Made by a program: the position numbers and the translations under genes
Part shown: piece after piece, positions 1 to 13,243 of the stretch
Layout: each line of letters begins with the position of its first letter
How positions within the stretch are numbered: position 1 is the stretch's first letter
The notes under the pieces: model-generated
Seen by the model: only the letters and a program-made list of their open reading frames with translations
What the model was told of the DNA's origin: nothing
Database searches by the model: none
NCBI GenBank assembly: GCA_963920595.1
Contig: OY986946.1
Location: forward strand, 1,364,001 to 1,428,000
DNA length: 64,000 nucleotides
Source: Eimeria praecox
Taxonomy: Eukaryota
Direction: 5' to 3'

Positions 1-164
1 TCTTCAAAGCTGGCAGGACGCTGAAATGGACTGGCGAGATGCCCGCCACAATCTTATTCGCACAAACAAGTGTTTGAGTTTGGGGCATTGGAGCAGAACT
101 GTCTTGGCCTCATAGCCACCTTGGTTTCCTCAGCATACCAAGTCAGGGGAGAGACGCGTCTACA

Positions 165-2833
165 ATGGCAGCGACCCCTGCAGCTACAGAGCCCGTTGCT
201 GCATGCAACTGCGTTTCCAACAGTCATTTGGATACGGGTGCAGCATACCTGCCTGATCACCGTACCATACGCCCTTCTGAGGCTGTGAGGGAACTCCAAC
301 GGCCGCATCCCGTATTACGGACGTTTGGAGAATCGAGAGAAATGCAAGCAAACACAGGCGTTGCAGATGGGCCGCATTCAACTGTTGGGCTGCTTTCTTT
401 GTCAAAGGATGTCCGTTGGCCGCCGTTGTTACCTCAACAGAACGAGTCAAAGTCACCATTCTGGCAACCAGACGGATCTTTTAGCTGCGACTGGGCAGCC
501 CTGAGGGCCGGCGAAGCATTTTGTTCCGCCGTAAATGCGTGTTGTGTTTCCTGTCTTTCTCGAACCCTCGGAGGGCCATCAGAGATGACCTCCGCCCTGC
601 TAGAGAAGCTGCGCGCAGGAGCGAAAACCGCAATCAAAGAGGAGGTTGACCATCTCATTCAAACAGTCAAGGCCTCGGCTGCTAGCGGTGCCCCCGCTCC
701 AGTACAGGACGGCAGCGGCCCCTCGGAGGCTTCGGAGGATTTGACACAGCAGCTTCTAAAGCATCCGGCCTTGCAAGCAGTGGCATTTTTAAGCGTACAC
801 GAACGCCGTCTGGCTGTATTTGAGGTTCGTTACATTCCCAGCCCTTCTCACCTACTCCCATGCCGCTGCTAGTGCTGCCCTTCGCCCCTAGGGAACGGGA
901 AGTTCTGCTGAACAGCTTGACTTCCCAAGAGCAGAGGGGAATTACGCTTGCGTTTGGCATGGATTGATTCTATTAGCACAAGCTCGCAGCTGTCTGAATG
1001 TGAATTGGCGTGTTGCCAGATGTGGCTTGACCGGTGGCAAGTTCTCTCGCGAGGTTACCAATGCACATGCGGCAGTGCGGAGGCGACGAGCGCTGGATTG
1101 AAGCAAATCGCTTCAGGTGCTGCCAGCAGTAGTGGTGAGCTGCTTCGTGGATGGCAGGCACGTCGGTGCATTCACTGTTTCAGTTGCGCGTGTGTACGAC
1201 ACCTACCATTGTATGACTCTCTAAGGTACTGTGCCGTGGCTGTGGGTATCGCATGCGCAAACAAGCAGAAACGAAGACAGCAGTAGAGGAGCTCAGAGCT
1301 CAAATTGTTCAACTACGCGAAGAGGCACGCCGAGCGCACAGGGAAGAAGAGACCGTTGTCGCAGAAGCCAGAACCGTAAGTTACACGAAGGCACACATAA
1401 GCATAACCTGAAGCGCACGCAACCCCGATGGGGTGTGCGGCAGTTAAAACATGCTTAGCAGCGAGTTCAGCCAAATGGTTCACAGCGGCATAGCGAAAGT
1501 TAGATATGTCAACCAGCAGCGGGTCGATAGTCAGGTGGGCATGCATGCTTGCGAAGGGTCGGGTGCATGCCGGGTGATGCGTTTATATTTCGCTCGGTCT
1601 GGTTGCAGTTGTCAGTAGAGCTAATGAAGAAGCAGAGGCAGCTGCTTCTGGCAACTGAGAGAGTAAAAGCCCTTGAAAAAGTTCGCCAAGACCCAGCCTT
1701 TGGAATTGCCGAGCGTGCACAGCAACAGCTACCGCCTGCGTCTTCTAACGCCAATATCTCCAGCTACAAAGAAAGCCTCAGCTTCATCGCGAATAAGTGT
1801 AACAAACTCGTGAGCTTACAGCATCTAATCGTTAGTGCTACCCCGCAGATATCAGGGGGATTTGCTGTCCCTAATGCGAAAGCACTGACACGCTACATTA
1901 TTTCCCCTCTGGCTCCGTTTCTGGTACTTGCCATTCAGGCTAACTTGACGCAGTTAATTCAACAGCAGTTCCCACAGCCCCAGAGAGCAAGTGTCCAAAG
2001 ACCCAGCTGGGAGGCATGTGGGCTTGCCGCTACTGCTGGAGACGCTCACGGCACCCCGGCCGATTCCAGTCTGCTGGGAGCTCTTCGGGAACTGCAGACA
2101 CCGCACGCGTCCATGCATTCTCCTCATTCACTGCGCGCTCGAGGCTCGTCGCACGCCGCTTCACCTTTGGTGCAGACGAAAAACCTCAGCAGGGAAACTC
2201 GGTTCCGGCAGCCACCCATTAGTGAAGACGACGCCAGACCAAGGGGACAACAAAAAACTGCACATGTAGATGGCAGAGGGACCGGCTCCCCCATTCATCC
2301 CGGGAATATGAGAGGTACGGGAGGGGTGCCACCGAGCTCGGTGCGCGGAGTAATCCCCCCTGCGTCGCTAACTTCCCCAGAGAGCCACCAAAGGAACAGC
2401 ACCCCCGAGGAGCCAGGCAGCAACAAACGAACTCGGGAGCCAGAGGAGACACTCAGGGGCCGCTGGAGGCAAGCACTTCCTCCAGCGATTAGGCACGCCG
2501 AGCTAGATATGGACGCCGAGGCCGCATGGCAACCTGTAGAGCCCACAACGAGAGGAGACCCAATGCAGGTATGCCATTGAAATGCAAAACGGGGTACTGC
2601 CAGTTAGCTGTTTGCGAGCATCTGCTAAATGGACCCTCACAAGCCCATAGCAGGTAGTGAGGACGGGCAAGTGGGATGTACTGGCGGAGCAGGTGTACAC
2701 TAGCAAAGGCAACAGGTACTGGTACTGCTTCATCTCAGCACCTTTCCTGCTCGAGATGTTGCTGCCATTTTCTCGGTTCCCGCAGGAGGCCGTCTGGGTT
2801 GACTCGTTCTTGCGCAGACGTCCCGAAGCGTAG
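165..2833 (+). CDS. Multi-exon hypothetical protein, probably begins upstream of 165 or of the window
   Basis: Long same-strand ORFs 165-872 and 1549-2580. Donor CAG|GTATGC near 2568 joins in phase to a last exon 2786-2833 (EAVWVDSFLRRRPEA*). No recognisable domain; internal exon structure unresolved. Confidence 0.55.
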
Positions 2834-3395
2834 TCAAGGATCAAGCAGGGTCGATACCTCCTTATTGGTGCGGCGTGCCAACACATTTGCATCCCTAAAG
2901 CGATCCCAACTGTGCTGGGCCATCTCACTGCAGAAAAGCCCTACGCGCTGAAATGCCTGACAGTCTATATTTTCTAGGGCCTGTACTGCTGAATACAAGA
3001 CTTGGGGTGCGCTGCGGAAGCGAGGCCCAAGGTACTTTACCTGCTACGGCAACACCGGAGCCGGACCGCCAACTGAATTTCTAAATGAAGTGAAGATGCT
3101 TCTACCTCAGCACACCCCAACTTCAGTATTTCCTTGACCACTGAATCACAGTTTATGAACAGGAACAATGGTTCACGGCAGCGGAGGTTGCATAGCGGAC
3201 TGCTCCACGGAGCAAGTTGCAAAGCGGACTGCTGCGCGCAGCTGCGCGCAGCAGGAACGGCTGGGATGTTTTCCATGCAGCTTGTCTGTTGAGTCTAAAG
3301 GCCGAGTACTATTCCTGTGCGCTCCTTAGACTTTGACACTCCGCATGGCCACGCAGCACTCCCAAGGCAACTGGCGGAGGGAATCATGAAGAAGC

Positions 3396-6300
3396 CTAGT
3401 CAAGCAGTTCTTCATCCATGCTCCCTTCATCGCATATAAAGTCTGCCTCTTCCGCCTCAAAAGCTTTAACAGACTGCAGCAAAAGCCCAACATTGAAAAG
3501 GAAAAAGACTGCTCCCTGCACCTACTACCAATGATCTCCAATACGTCGGAGCTTCATTTGATGTGTGCAATCCCCATGAATGTTCTGAGACAGCTTGCCA
3601 TGGGTTTCCCGAGGTTGCACCGCGCATCCTGCGCACAGGGCACCCTTGCTTAACTTGTTTTACACTTTACTCTTCGGCTTACCGGTTGCCAAATCTGAAG
3701 AACGTTATCTTCAGAAGCAGATGCAATAACCTGCAGAACCAACGGAAATGATGCACCTGTCGAAATCGACATGCATTCAGGCCCTTATGAGCCAAACGGG
3801 GAAGGCCAGCTTAAATTCTTTCTCACCCACGGGAATTTGTCCCCTAACGGATTCCAATCAATTTCTGTGATTCCCGCAACATGGCCCCCGTGGACAAATA
3901 TTACTTCAGGCGCGCCTTCTTCAGCTTCCTCGGGAGACTGCTCAGCGCCAATCAACGAACAGTCGAAGATCCGAACGAAGCGGTCAGTAGTACCTGTAAC
4001 GACAACACGAGAGCTCGATAGGGAAGGCAGCTCACAATGGCACACCGCGCAGCATGCTACACCTATGAGCAAACCACGCCATATCTGCCAGCAAACGCAA
4101 ACGTCCAACTGTACCTGCAGCAAGCACTGCCTTGTTTTGTGGATGCCACTTAAGACTTGTTAGAGCTTCGTTCTCTAGGTATAGCAGTCGATGGGCTGGC
4201 CGGCGTAAGTCTCGGAAGTCCCATACGCTCACTCCCTGCAAGCATCAAAAGCGGCAACGCCAATAAACCATATTTTCTTCTCAGCCCCTATTATATTAGA
4301 CATAATTGGGGGGGCAATTGCAGTTGACGCAAATAGTGTAAGCCACCCAGCCAGAAGCCTCAAGTTCCTTCGTAGAACCCAGTTATACGGACCGCGTCAG
4401 CTCCTCCAGTGGCGAACACGTTGGGGGCCAAGGGGTTCAGAGCCAGCACATTGGCGCACGAATGGTTACAGGGTTGCTGCGAAGGACGGACAGGATGAGC
4501 AAGATAAAGTTTCGCGTCAAACGCCTGCCCATAGAAACGTTCTCTGGCTTTTAGAGAGGGTCAAACAACTCACCCGGTGAACTGGCAACGTGCCCGCCCG
4601 CAAGTCCCACCTTAAAAGCACACGTAGCACAAAGTTGAAACTCGCCTGGACTTGCACAACTCCAAATGCTTGATAAATCCAAGGTACCTAGAAGGCCAGC
4701 TAGCCGCTTAAGGAGGACCTGCAGGGCAAACTTACATGTTCAACTCCCCATCGTCACCTACAGCCACAACTACCTCTCCAGCGTCATCTCCCCGTTTCCA
4801 CGCCACGTCCTGCATACGAAGGCACTCGCCAGTGAATCTTGAAGGGTACTTGCCTTCCTCACTTTGCCTCGCAAGCAAAGCACGCTCAGCATATAAGGAT
4901 AAGAGGGGACAGCTTTCCCCCCCTCATCAGTTCCCTGCATACCTGCAGTGCTCTGCGATTACTTGACGCCGCCAGCCGGTGTAGAGGGCTCAGGCATTTA
5001 TCTTTGCCACCTGCGCCATGCGCAATACAAACTGATAATAACCTACCGTTCAAGCGCTTCACAGTTTAAGCGAAACGAGTCCGCCTCAATTTGGATGAGC
5101 AGCCCAAAACAAGGGTAAAGCAACAAGTCGGCTACAGCGCCCGAAGGCAAAAGATACATTCATACTATAGAGACCCCACCGGAACAGTAACAACTGCAAC
5201 TCACAAGATGCCCGCGTATCCCAAACACAGACAAGGCCATCATCCCCTGAAGAAGCCAGCCACCCTTCTCTTGTGGGACTCCACTCCAGGCCCCACCTGC
5301 AGAGAACACCGCATGGACTCTACAGCTTACGATGGAGCTCACTTAGTCAAGAGCTCACCCGCCGGCTGCCGTGCAGCGCTCTCCTCACCCTTGAGCCGTA
5401 TGGCCTGTCAGAATAAGCTCCGCGTCGGTGGCCATCTGGCTCCGCTGTGAAACACTTTGGCAGTCCTCAGACTCCGCATCGGACATGCACAGCGCGGGGC
5501 CAAACTTACACGAATCAAACAGGTAAACTGCACGCAAATAGCCAACAGAAAACAATGCCGTACCCTTCCCATTCCTAAGGACCGCCCTGCTGCAGGCAGA
5601 AAGTATACGGAACCGGTCTGTACGGGCTGTAACGACGGCGGGAAATGCGAGATGCAGTACCCAACACCCAACAACAAGCAGTTCATGCTTACCGCACCCA
5701 TCGTTAGCCTTGCTCGCTATGAGTGTATCGTTGCCATGAAAAACGCGAGCCCTGTGCAGTACGCATGGCCATTAGCATTCGTATTGAGAACTAACCAATG
5801 CATGATTAACTAGTGAAGTGTATAAGAGCCTTCCCCTGGCATGCCAGTTAGCGTCTACAAAAAATTGCCCAGAAAGGAATACCTGTTGCACTCGCCTTCA
5901 TGAGGAATTCGGGCGGTAATGGTGAACTTTCGCGTGTCCTCATCGCCAAATTCAAAGCCTTGGTAGTCTGGTGAACAGCAGCAGTTCATTTCTCCACATC
6001 TGCTCCATGCACTGGTACAGCATGCAGCGCCCGCTGCCTCTATGTCCTGTGAGCGCTAAGTGCAGCGGGAGGAAAATGCAATGTTGAATGGGTAATACAA
6101 TCGCCTTGCCTTGTCTTTGTTCGTAGTGGAGACCAGAGGCGTCAATAGGCTCGGACGGCAAGCTGACCTGCAACACAGAAGAGAGCAGCTGTTAATACCA
6201 TGCAAGCGCCGCATCCCAGGATAATGGTGATCGCCGAAGCGCTTTGGTGCTACTCCACTAGCTTCAAGCAGCGCCAAATCACCTCCATGAGTAACAAATA

Positions 6301-7162
6301 ATTTGCCGCGCCACCACTTGTGTGCGTCGATAGCAGTAAAGTCTGTCCTATTTCGCCATTTGAGCGTCTGCAAAAGAATATGCGCATCAACTTGGCGTGA
6401 ATAATTCGATGAGGGCAACAGGACAATCCTCGGCAGCCTCAAGTGAGCAGGAATATGGCAACTGAGACGACCCCCCATAGTGCCCGGGGAAAGGGAAGGT
6501 CAAGCAATGTGCCGCTCAATCAATTCCGCGTGAAAGACGTACGGATTGCAAGAGTGTAGCCACTGAACAGACAGCGTCGGCCACTCCAAAATGTGCGACA
6601 TGATGTGCCTGTACAACAGCATGCAGTTGCTTTGCCAGTTTCGGTGGCTCACGCGAAGCGAAGTTGTGGGTGTTCCCGAAGAGGACAGCGGTGCTGCTAC
6701 CGGTGGCAAGGCCGGCCATTCCTCCTTGCTCATGGAAGTCCCAGCCGGCAGCTGAGAGCTCTTCGGTCCCGCTGGAACTTTTTTGTAGCGGCTCTCATTT
6801 GTAGGAGAAGAGGCTCGAGACGCCGTCGATGCCGCCACGCATGGTGCCGAGTCATCAGCAGCAAACGTCACTGAACCGCCTCGCGAACGTCTACGATTTA
6901 GTGACTGCAGCGGTCCGCTGCCTGCCGCAGCCCCTGACACCCCCGTCGGCTTCCCTTGTCGATGTTTCGCTGCTTCGTGTTTCGCTGTTTCGACCTTTGT
7001 GTGTCGTTGTAGCCCGCAGCTACTTGCACCCAAGCAAGATCTCTTAATGGATAGTGCGCGCTGTCTGGAAGTTCCAGATGCTGCAGAAACGGTTGCACCT
7101 TCAGTAGCCCCGCACGCATCGGCAACCATCGGGGACGTCGAATCCGTCTTAGTTCTAGACAT
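3396..7162 (-). CDS. RBBP4: Histone-binding WD40 protein of the RBBP4/RbAp48/MSI1 (CAF-1 subunit C) family, multi-exon
   Basis: Spliced motifs in family order: LLYRHIMSHILEWPTLSVQWL; LLLSTHTSG; IPHEGECNRAR; VYLFD; LILTGHTAQGWGLEWSP; VSVWDFRDL; IGAEQSPEEAEEGAPEVIFVHGGHVAGITEIDWNP; VIASASEDNVLQIWQP; acidic last exon ending at stop 3396-3398. ATG at 7162. Confidence 0.93.
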
Positions 7163-8676
7163 CCCCAAAGTGTCAAGTATACAAAACACAGCAAATTGGT
7201 GCGCTGTTATGTAGCCATCTACTAGTCAATATCAGCGGCAAGGCACAAAAGCGTCGACCGGGGCCACGACGAAGCAGTGTCCGCCTTTTCCCGTAGAAGG
7301 CAGCAGCATCCAAAGGGTTGCTTTGCCTCCATAAAAGCCCGTCTTCACGCACACAGCATCGAACGGCTTCTTGCGGGTAGCCAGAGCTGTGGCCTGCGCA
7401 CTTTCTGGAAAATGGGAAAAGCCAGGCCAACAACCTACGGCCCCGAGTAGGGCGCAAACCAATTCCTAACTTCCCTATGCCTAAAAGTATACTATGTATT
7501 CTCTGAAGAGCACGTCATCTCCGGAATGTGAATAATGAAGAGGCAACACCAAAAGTGGGATAGTCCTGGTGCCTTCGCCGCAAGTCAATTGCATCCCTGC
7601 TGAGGGCCAGTCATCCCTGCCCTTTAAGGTGAGTCTTAATCGCGTAAGTGTAATACGATACCAGCAAATGAATGGATACAGGAGCGGAGATCGTAAGAAA
7701 AGTAACCAACCGCCCCTGGGGCCCCCATCGCATGCAGGTAGGACGACCGCTTGGCAGTGCTTACAGGCATCCACTTCTGCTTCCTGTGCCTGAAGTGCAG
7801 AAACGTCTACTAGCCGAAAAGTGCCATTCTGAGGTGTCTCTTTTACTTGTTTAGAAAATGTCGAAGATTGGTGGAGTGAAGAACCCGCTTCTGTGGGCTT
7901 GGAGCCGCGGGAGCATTGCCTTGCTCGTGGCGTATCATGCTTAGTAAGCAATACTGGCACGAAGCGCATTTGAACAGGAATCGAATCGAGCCATTAAGTC
8001 AAGTTTCAGGCGGGAATGGCGTGCGCCCTTCATCATATTCCGCCCTCCAAAGGCGGAAGCAGCTGAACGTTCGAAAGCAAGTGGGAACTGCGTGATTCTA
8101 CTTCTACTTGCATGCACTCTGCCCTAGAACCCAGATATAGGGGCCACGGATACGTCTTCGTCTAGCAGGGCTGGTGCTGTACATGCCAATGTCACACGCA
8201 AAAGCCCTGCCCTCGCACCGCGAACACAAGGTGCCCGCCTAATTATCGGTCATCCAGCACTCTTGGGGGACATCAAATCTGTACTTTGCCTGTATAGGCA
8301 AAGTACAGAGGCACTTGAATTGGAGGACTCGAAAAATCAAGTTAAAACTACTGGGTAACCCATTGCACAGAGAACGAGCACGCAAAGAGCTATGCATTGT
8401 GCTGGGTAGTATGCAGACTGTATAAACGGAAGGCGCCAAATGGGCTGTGTGAGGTGAATTGTTCAATTCAGTCATTTGCAACGCCAGACTCCCACGTGGC
8501 TATGCGGGAACTTAAAGCTGAGGGCCGCTGTAGGCCAGCGACGTGAGACGTACGCGCACCCGCTGCCCATTGTACCCATTTCTGTCTGGACGGGGCCACA
8601 GCCTCAACGAGCTCTGAGAGGCCTGCGTGAAAGGCTCCAACCTGAGTAATCAAACAGGCATAAGCACAACCACCAC

Positions 8677-9474
8677 TCAAATCAATTGAAGGAGTGCCCT
8701 TTTTAGACCCACAGATACGCTTATCTTCTCTAAAGAACGAAGACCCTTTAAGCCTGTACTGCTAGCCAGACTCACCAGCCGGCGCATATCAGCTTGTACG
8801 GTGACAGGCAGCATTTCTGTAAGGACGGAGCGCCTAGGCACAGATGCATTCAATGGTGCTTCTAGAGCCTCGTGGGCCTCTTGCGACTCGCGTGCCCTGC
8901 ACGCCGGCTGAGCAGCGTTAGCCTGCAGGCTAGCGAACGCAACAGCTGATCCCGGTAGGACAAGTCCACCCAGTACAAGGAATTTGAAGGCACTTATGCG
9001 GGCGCTTAAGGCGTCCGGCCGACGAATCTGGTAGGCAATGTCAGCGTAGCGCCGCGCCACTACACGTTCTATCGACCTTGCAGCGCGCCACCCCCAAATA
9101 CAGGTCAACAACCCTGCTGCTAAAGTCAGATATTTTAGCGGAGGTTCTGCCTGCTGAATATGTAGTAAAGAGCTTCCAGGAGAGGGAGATTCGTTTGGCA
9201 CCTTCTCGTTGTTCGTTTGATTTGGTCGAAGGAGCGCAGCCAATGCAGCGAGTTGCTCCGACAAGCGAAAAACAATGCCAGTTTCTTTTGCACTGCCTGC
9301 AGTGCCATTGATACCTCCCCTATCAGGACTTTCAGCGAGAGCTGAGAAGTTTAGGGGCTCAAGGAGGTGTCCAACGCTGTTGTCGCTCCGGCCTTTCCTG
9401 GAGTCGCCTCCGGCATTAACGGCCACAGCCGTCGCATTGGTGCTCGAGGGCTCTGGTCCCTCCTCTGAGGCCAT
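8677..9474 (-). CDS. Hypothetical 265-aa protein with two hydrophobic (putative transmembrane) segments
   Basis: Single ATG-initiated ORF; hydrophobic stretches YLTLAAGLLTCIWGW and FLVLGGLVLPGSAVAFASL. Confidence 0.55.
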   Translation of the reverse strand: MASEEGPEPSSTNATAVAVNAGGDSRKGRSDNSVGHLLEPLNFSALAESPDRGGINGTAGSAKETGIVFRLSEQLAALAALLRPNQTNNEKVPNESPSPGSSLLHIQQAEPPLKYLTLAAGLLTCIWGWRAARSIERVVARRYADIAYQIRRPDALSARISAFKFLVLGGLVLPGSAVAFASLQANAAQPACRARESQEAHEALEAPLNASVPRRSVLTEMLPVTVQADMRRLVSLASSTGLKGLRSLEKISVSVGLKRALLQLI

Positions 9475-10251
9475 TGTATGGTCTATCTAGCAGCTGCACA
9501 GTGCCTGGTCATAGCGATATCCCATCACTCCTGGTAGCCCGAAGTTCGTGCGAACCTCCACTCAGTAAGTTTCCTTGAGCATGTCCCGGCGACGACGATA
9601 GTCCCTACCCAAGGAAATGCATCGACGACCTGTTCTAGCTCCTGTAGACACTCTCAAGATGCATAATTAAGCTCAGAATATCGAGCGCGAGTAGTATAGC
9701 AGTATCCACCACGCCGCACGGGGATCGTGGGGAATCAGTAATGAGTCAATCTAAAAGGGCGTCTAAGTGGCGCATTTCAAACATGGCTCAACAGTTGCAT
9801 AGTCTATATTATAGGCGAAAGAACCAGCAGCCTGGTATTGCTAGCTTGCAGCCCACAACTACAAATGCATGCATGCGCTCACTAGAGCGGCAACAGTTGG
9901 GTCCGCCGTATCCTATATGCCGACGTACCTACGGTTTTCCACTGAAGTGCTCAAAGGATAGTTTCATGTCGTGTTCGGAACGTACGCTGTTCCTTAGCTC
10001 AATTAAATTGATATTTCTCCTTAGAGGCGAGGCTTGGGTAGCTGGCGTAACGGCATCCCCGGGGGAACGCAGCAGTGCCAACTGGCCCTTGGAAAAAGCG
10101 GGCGCCAAACTGCCAAGAAATCCCACATGTGGGAATTTCGTGGAAATAGATGCCTTTAACGAGCCGAGAAACCATTTGCCGGGCAATTTTACCATTAGGA
10201 TCGCGGCTGCTTGAGGACTCGGGGATTACAAACCGCTGCTGGTCTCTTAGT

Positions 10252-10295
10252 TTTCAAAGTTCTCTTCCCGGCGTTTCGAAGTTCTCTTCCCGGCG
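10252..10295. repeat. 22-bp tandem duplication in a divergent intergenic region
   Basis: TTTCAAAGTTCTCTTCCCGGCG followed by TTTCGAAGTTCTCTTCCCGGCG (one mismatch). Confidence 0.9.
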
Positions 10296-10568
10296 GAATA
10301 CGCAGTCAGTGCATTGCCTAGTATAAGAGACCGATTTGCAGCGGCCGATGAAACCGTAAAGGATTCGGGCGCTTTGTTGGAGGGCAGAGTGAAGTTTACT
10401 GCAATCACGGAAGCGCTGATTTACGCTGCCGGTTACATCATCTGCTGCTTGCTCTTTACGAGCACTGGAATTTTCTCATAACTGGGGAGATCGGACTGTG
10501 GCAGCCCACAGGTTTGTGTCGCTGTTCGATCCGGAAGCCCTCGTCGTCGGTGCCATAGCCTGCAAAAT

Positions 10569-11346
10569 ATGAAGACTTCAAACGCTTTGATTCAGCAACT
10601 GCTCAGGGCAGAGGAGGAAGCCGAGCAGATTGTACACAAGGCGAGAGAAAGTAAGGTGTACTAGAACGTATATTCTTAGCAAGTCATTCCTCCGGATGCA
10701 TAATGTCGATTAGCTCATACTCTTGGGGGTGTAGCGATTCCAAATTGAAGCCGTCTACAGTAAATCTACTGTCTTTCATTTGGTCCTCCAGAGCTTGTAG
10801 AGAGCACGCTGTGGATGCAGAATGGCGTGTGTCGCTACAGCAAGCGGCAAGTGCTGTGTGGTACTGTTCTGCAGATCGTGTTAAAATGCTGAAAGATGCT
10901 CGTGCATCCGCAGAGGAAGAGCTGAAAGCATTTCGCCTGAAGGAGGAGGAAAGGTTCAAAGTTGAAGTTGAACAGGTTAGAGGGCAGCTGTATGCTTTTA
11001 GGCCGTGAATCACGGACGTTAGGATCTTCGAAGTTCAGGGGTGCTTCCCCAGCGAAAAATTAAGCTTAGCATACCCTACTGAAGACCGCGGCGTTGTGGG
11101 TTTACCTATTTATGTTGCATCTGCCGCTGTGCTCTGCCTCAGCGCCTCGGCCAGGACGATTCCCTGACGAATGAGCTTGCCGATAGAACAAAGGCGGACA
11201 TTGAAATAATCAAGAAAGATTATATGACGAACAAGGACGGGGTCCTTGCATTCATCAGTGGAAAAGTCCTGGATGTGGACACTGTTATCGGCCCTAAGAA
11301 AGTTGCCATCCTGCGCAATTACGCAAAGCGGGGAATCGAGCCATGA
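10569..11346 (+). CDS. VMA10: V-type proton ATPase subunit G (3 exons: 10569-10650, 10875-10975, 11143-11346)
   Basis: MKTSNALIQQLLRAEEEAEQIVHKARENRVKMLKDARASAEEELKAFR matches the subunit G N-terminus (IQQLLxAE..A..IV..AR..R.K.LK.A); GT-AG introns in phase. Confidence 0.95.
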
Positions 11347-13243
11347 CTGAAACGTGTGTTTCCCGTATTATGTATTTATAATACAAATAATGCCAACGCA
11401 TCGCCCGATGGAGTGAAGCAATTGAGCTGCCACTCCAGGGCCACTAGGGTGCAAACAGTTGGGTGCTGATTTCTTCAATAGTTATGGAGCAGTACTAATG
11501 AACTGCTTTAAGGCATTCTCCACGGTTGTGCGTAACCCAAGAAGGGGCGTTAGCTCTAGAGTACATACCCATACGTTTGGATCCACGATGACTAAACGGC
11601 ATTTGGGGTGGGGGGAGGGCAAAGTCACAGCTTTTTTTTAGCATCGGCGTGCGCACATGCTTCAGTTGTGTTGCAGAGTCACTGGTGCTCTTGGGGGACC
11701 ATAGCAAAGAACCCCATATAATCCGTGAGCCGTGGCTGACCGCACCTATTTTCACTCCAAGCAGTACCCCCAAATAATCGGGCTCATGAAAACTAAATGT
11801 GTGTTACCTATAGTAGCAGGTTGTGCATATGAGCAGGCATACAGTAGTAAGGACTGCATAGCACTCTAGATACGCTCAGCATGCACCTGAAAGAAAGCTC
11901 CTCAGATGGTGAGGGGGGGTATTATTGTTCGCAAACAGATGGGCCAGCGCCACAGATGCCAGCCAATTAATTACCCGGTGCCCATTTAATGGCTTTGGTT
12001 GCCAGAATAACGAAAATCTTACGGGAAGCTCATTGCAGCATTGCATCAGTGATAGGGTGGATTCCGGTTGCTTCCGAGTAGCCGCCCTGCATAGTTATAG
12101 TGCCCTTTCCTTCTCGCACTCGTCAAAATGTATGCAGACCTCCAAGAAAGAAACCGCTGTGTCAGGGCACCTTGAACTGTCGTTTGGTAGTGCAGGGGGA
12201 CAGGATGAAGCTTTTGACGGGCACGCTGCAGCATGGTTAGTCTATACAATATGGGAAGCAAGATTGACTTCCTGTGCAACTGTGTTATAGACGCAGATGA
12301 AGCATTTGCAGACAACCCCTAACATAGCAGAAGAGTGAAGAGTGCGAGCTCAGTCAAATGAGAGCCGTCAAATTAAGGATAACACTTCAAAACAGCATAC
12401 CGAAGCGGCGGTATCAACGTGCAGGGTTTATCCCCCTGGAACGTCTGCCTTCGACAATCGCGAATAAGAACATCACTGGTCTAGTGAAATCCTTGTTCAC
12501 TAGTTTCCGCCCACTTCTGCACTGATGGACAGAGTGGCATGAATGCCACGTAGCACTGCGTGTGTCTGCTTCCTTGTTGTCCCTGGCAACGGCCCTTGCA
12601 ACAGCGTGATTTCAGTGGATGTATATTGGATTAACCACCACAAAAGTGAGAGCTCCTTCCGCATGCAGAACAAATTTGCTCTGTTCTGAATGGAAGTACG
12701 TCGTGCATGTCACAATGGACTAAGAGGAACAGCAATGAAGCAAAGCCCCGAAGTAGGGCACACGTCGTTTGTGCTCGAAGTAGAACGTTCTAGCCTTCAA
12801 GAAAGCAATCACACCTAAATTCTCCTGTAAAATGTTTCAAGTCCATTTTTCATTGGCAAATGGGCATAAGTGGGCGCGCCGTGTTCGGTAAGTAGTGTGC
12901 TGGTCCTTTGACCATTCCAATCACATCATCCGTACTGTACTTACGATCCTGTTGCTGTCAGCATGTTCTTCCATTTTTGTGGCTTGCAGCTACAGCTGAA
13001 TCCTGTTGTATTTGAGAAGAAGGATATCCAGGGAAACACTTTCTAGCCTCTGTCCGGCTGAGTTGCTGAGCACTGCTTGACTTTTGCGCAATGAGCCCGC
13101 ATTGAACTGTAGTGATGGTGGCTGTAGACAGTGGCAGCTGTTTAGCTGCAGTCAATCTGAGGAATAAGAGACCTGTCCACAAAGTCGGATTTAGACTGAT
13201 TTCGGATGTGGAAGCAGCAGCTGTCCCCAGTCTTCAGTTCTGT

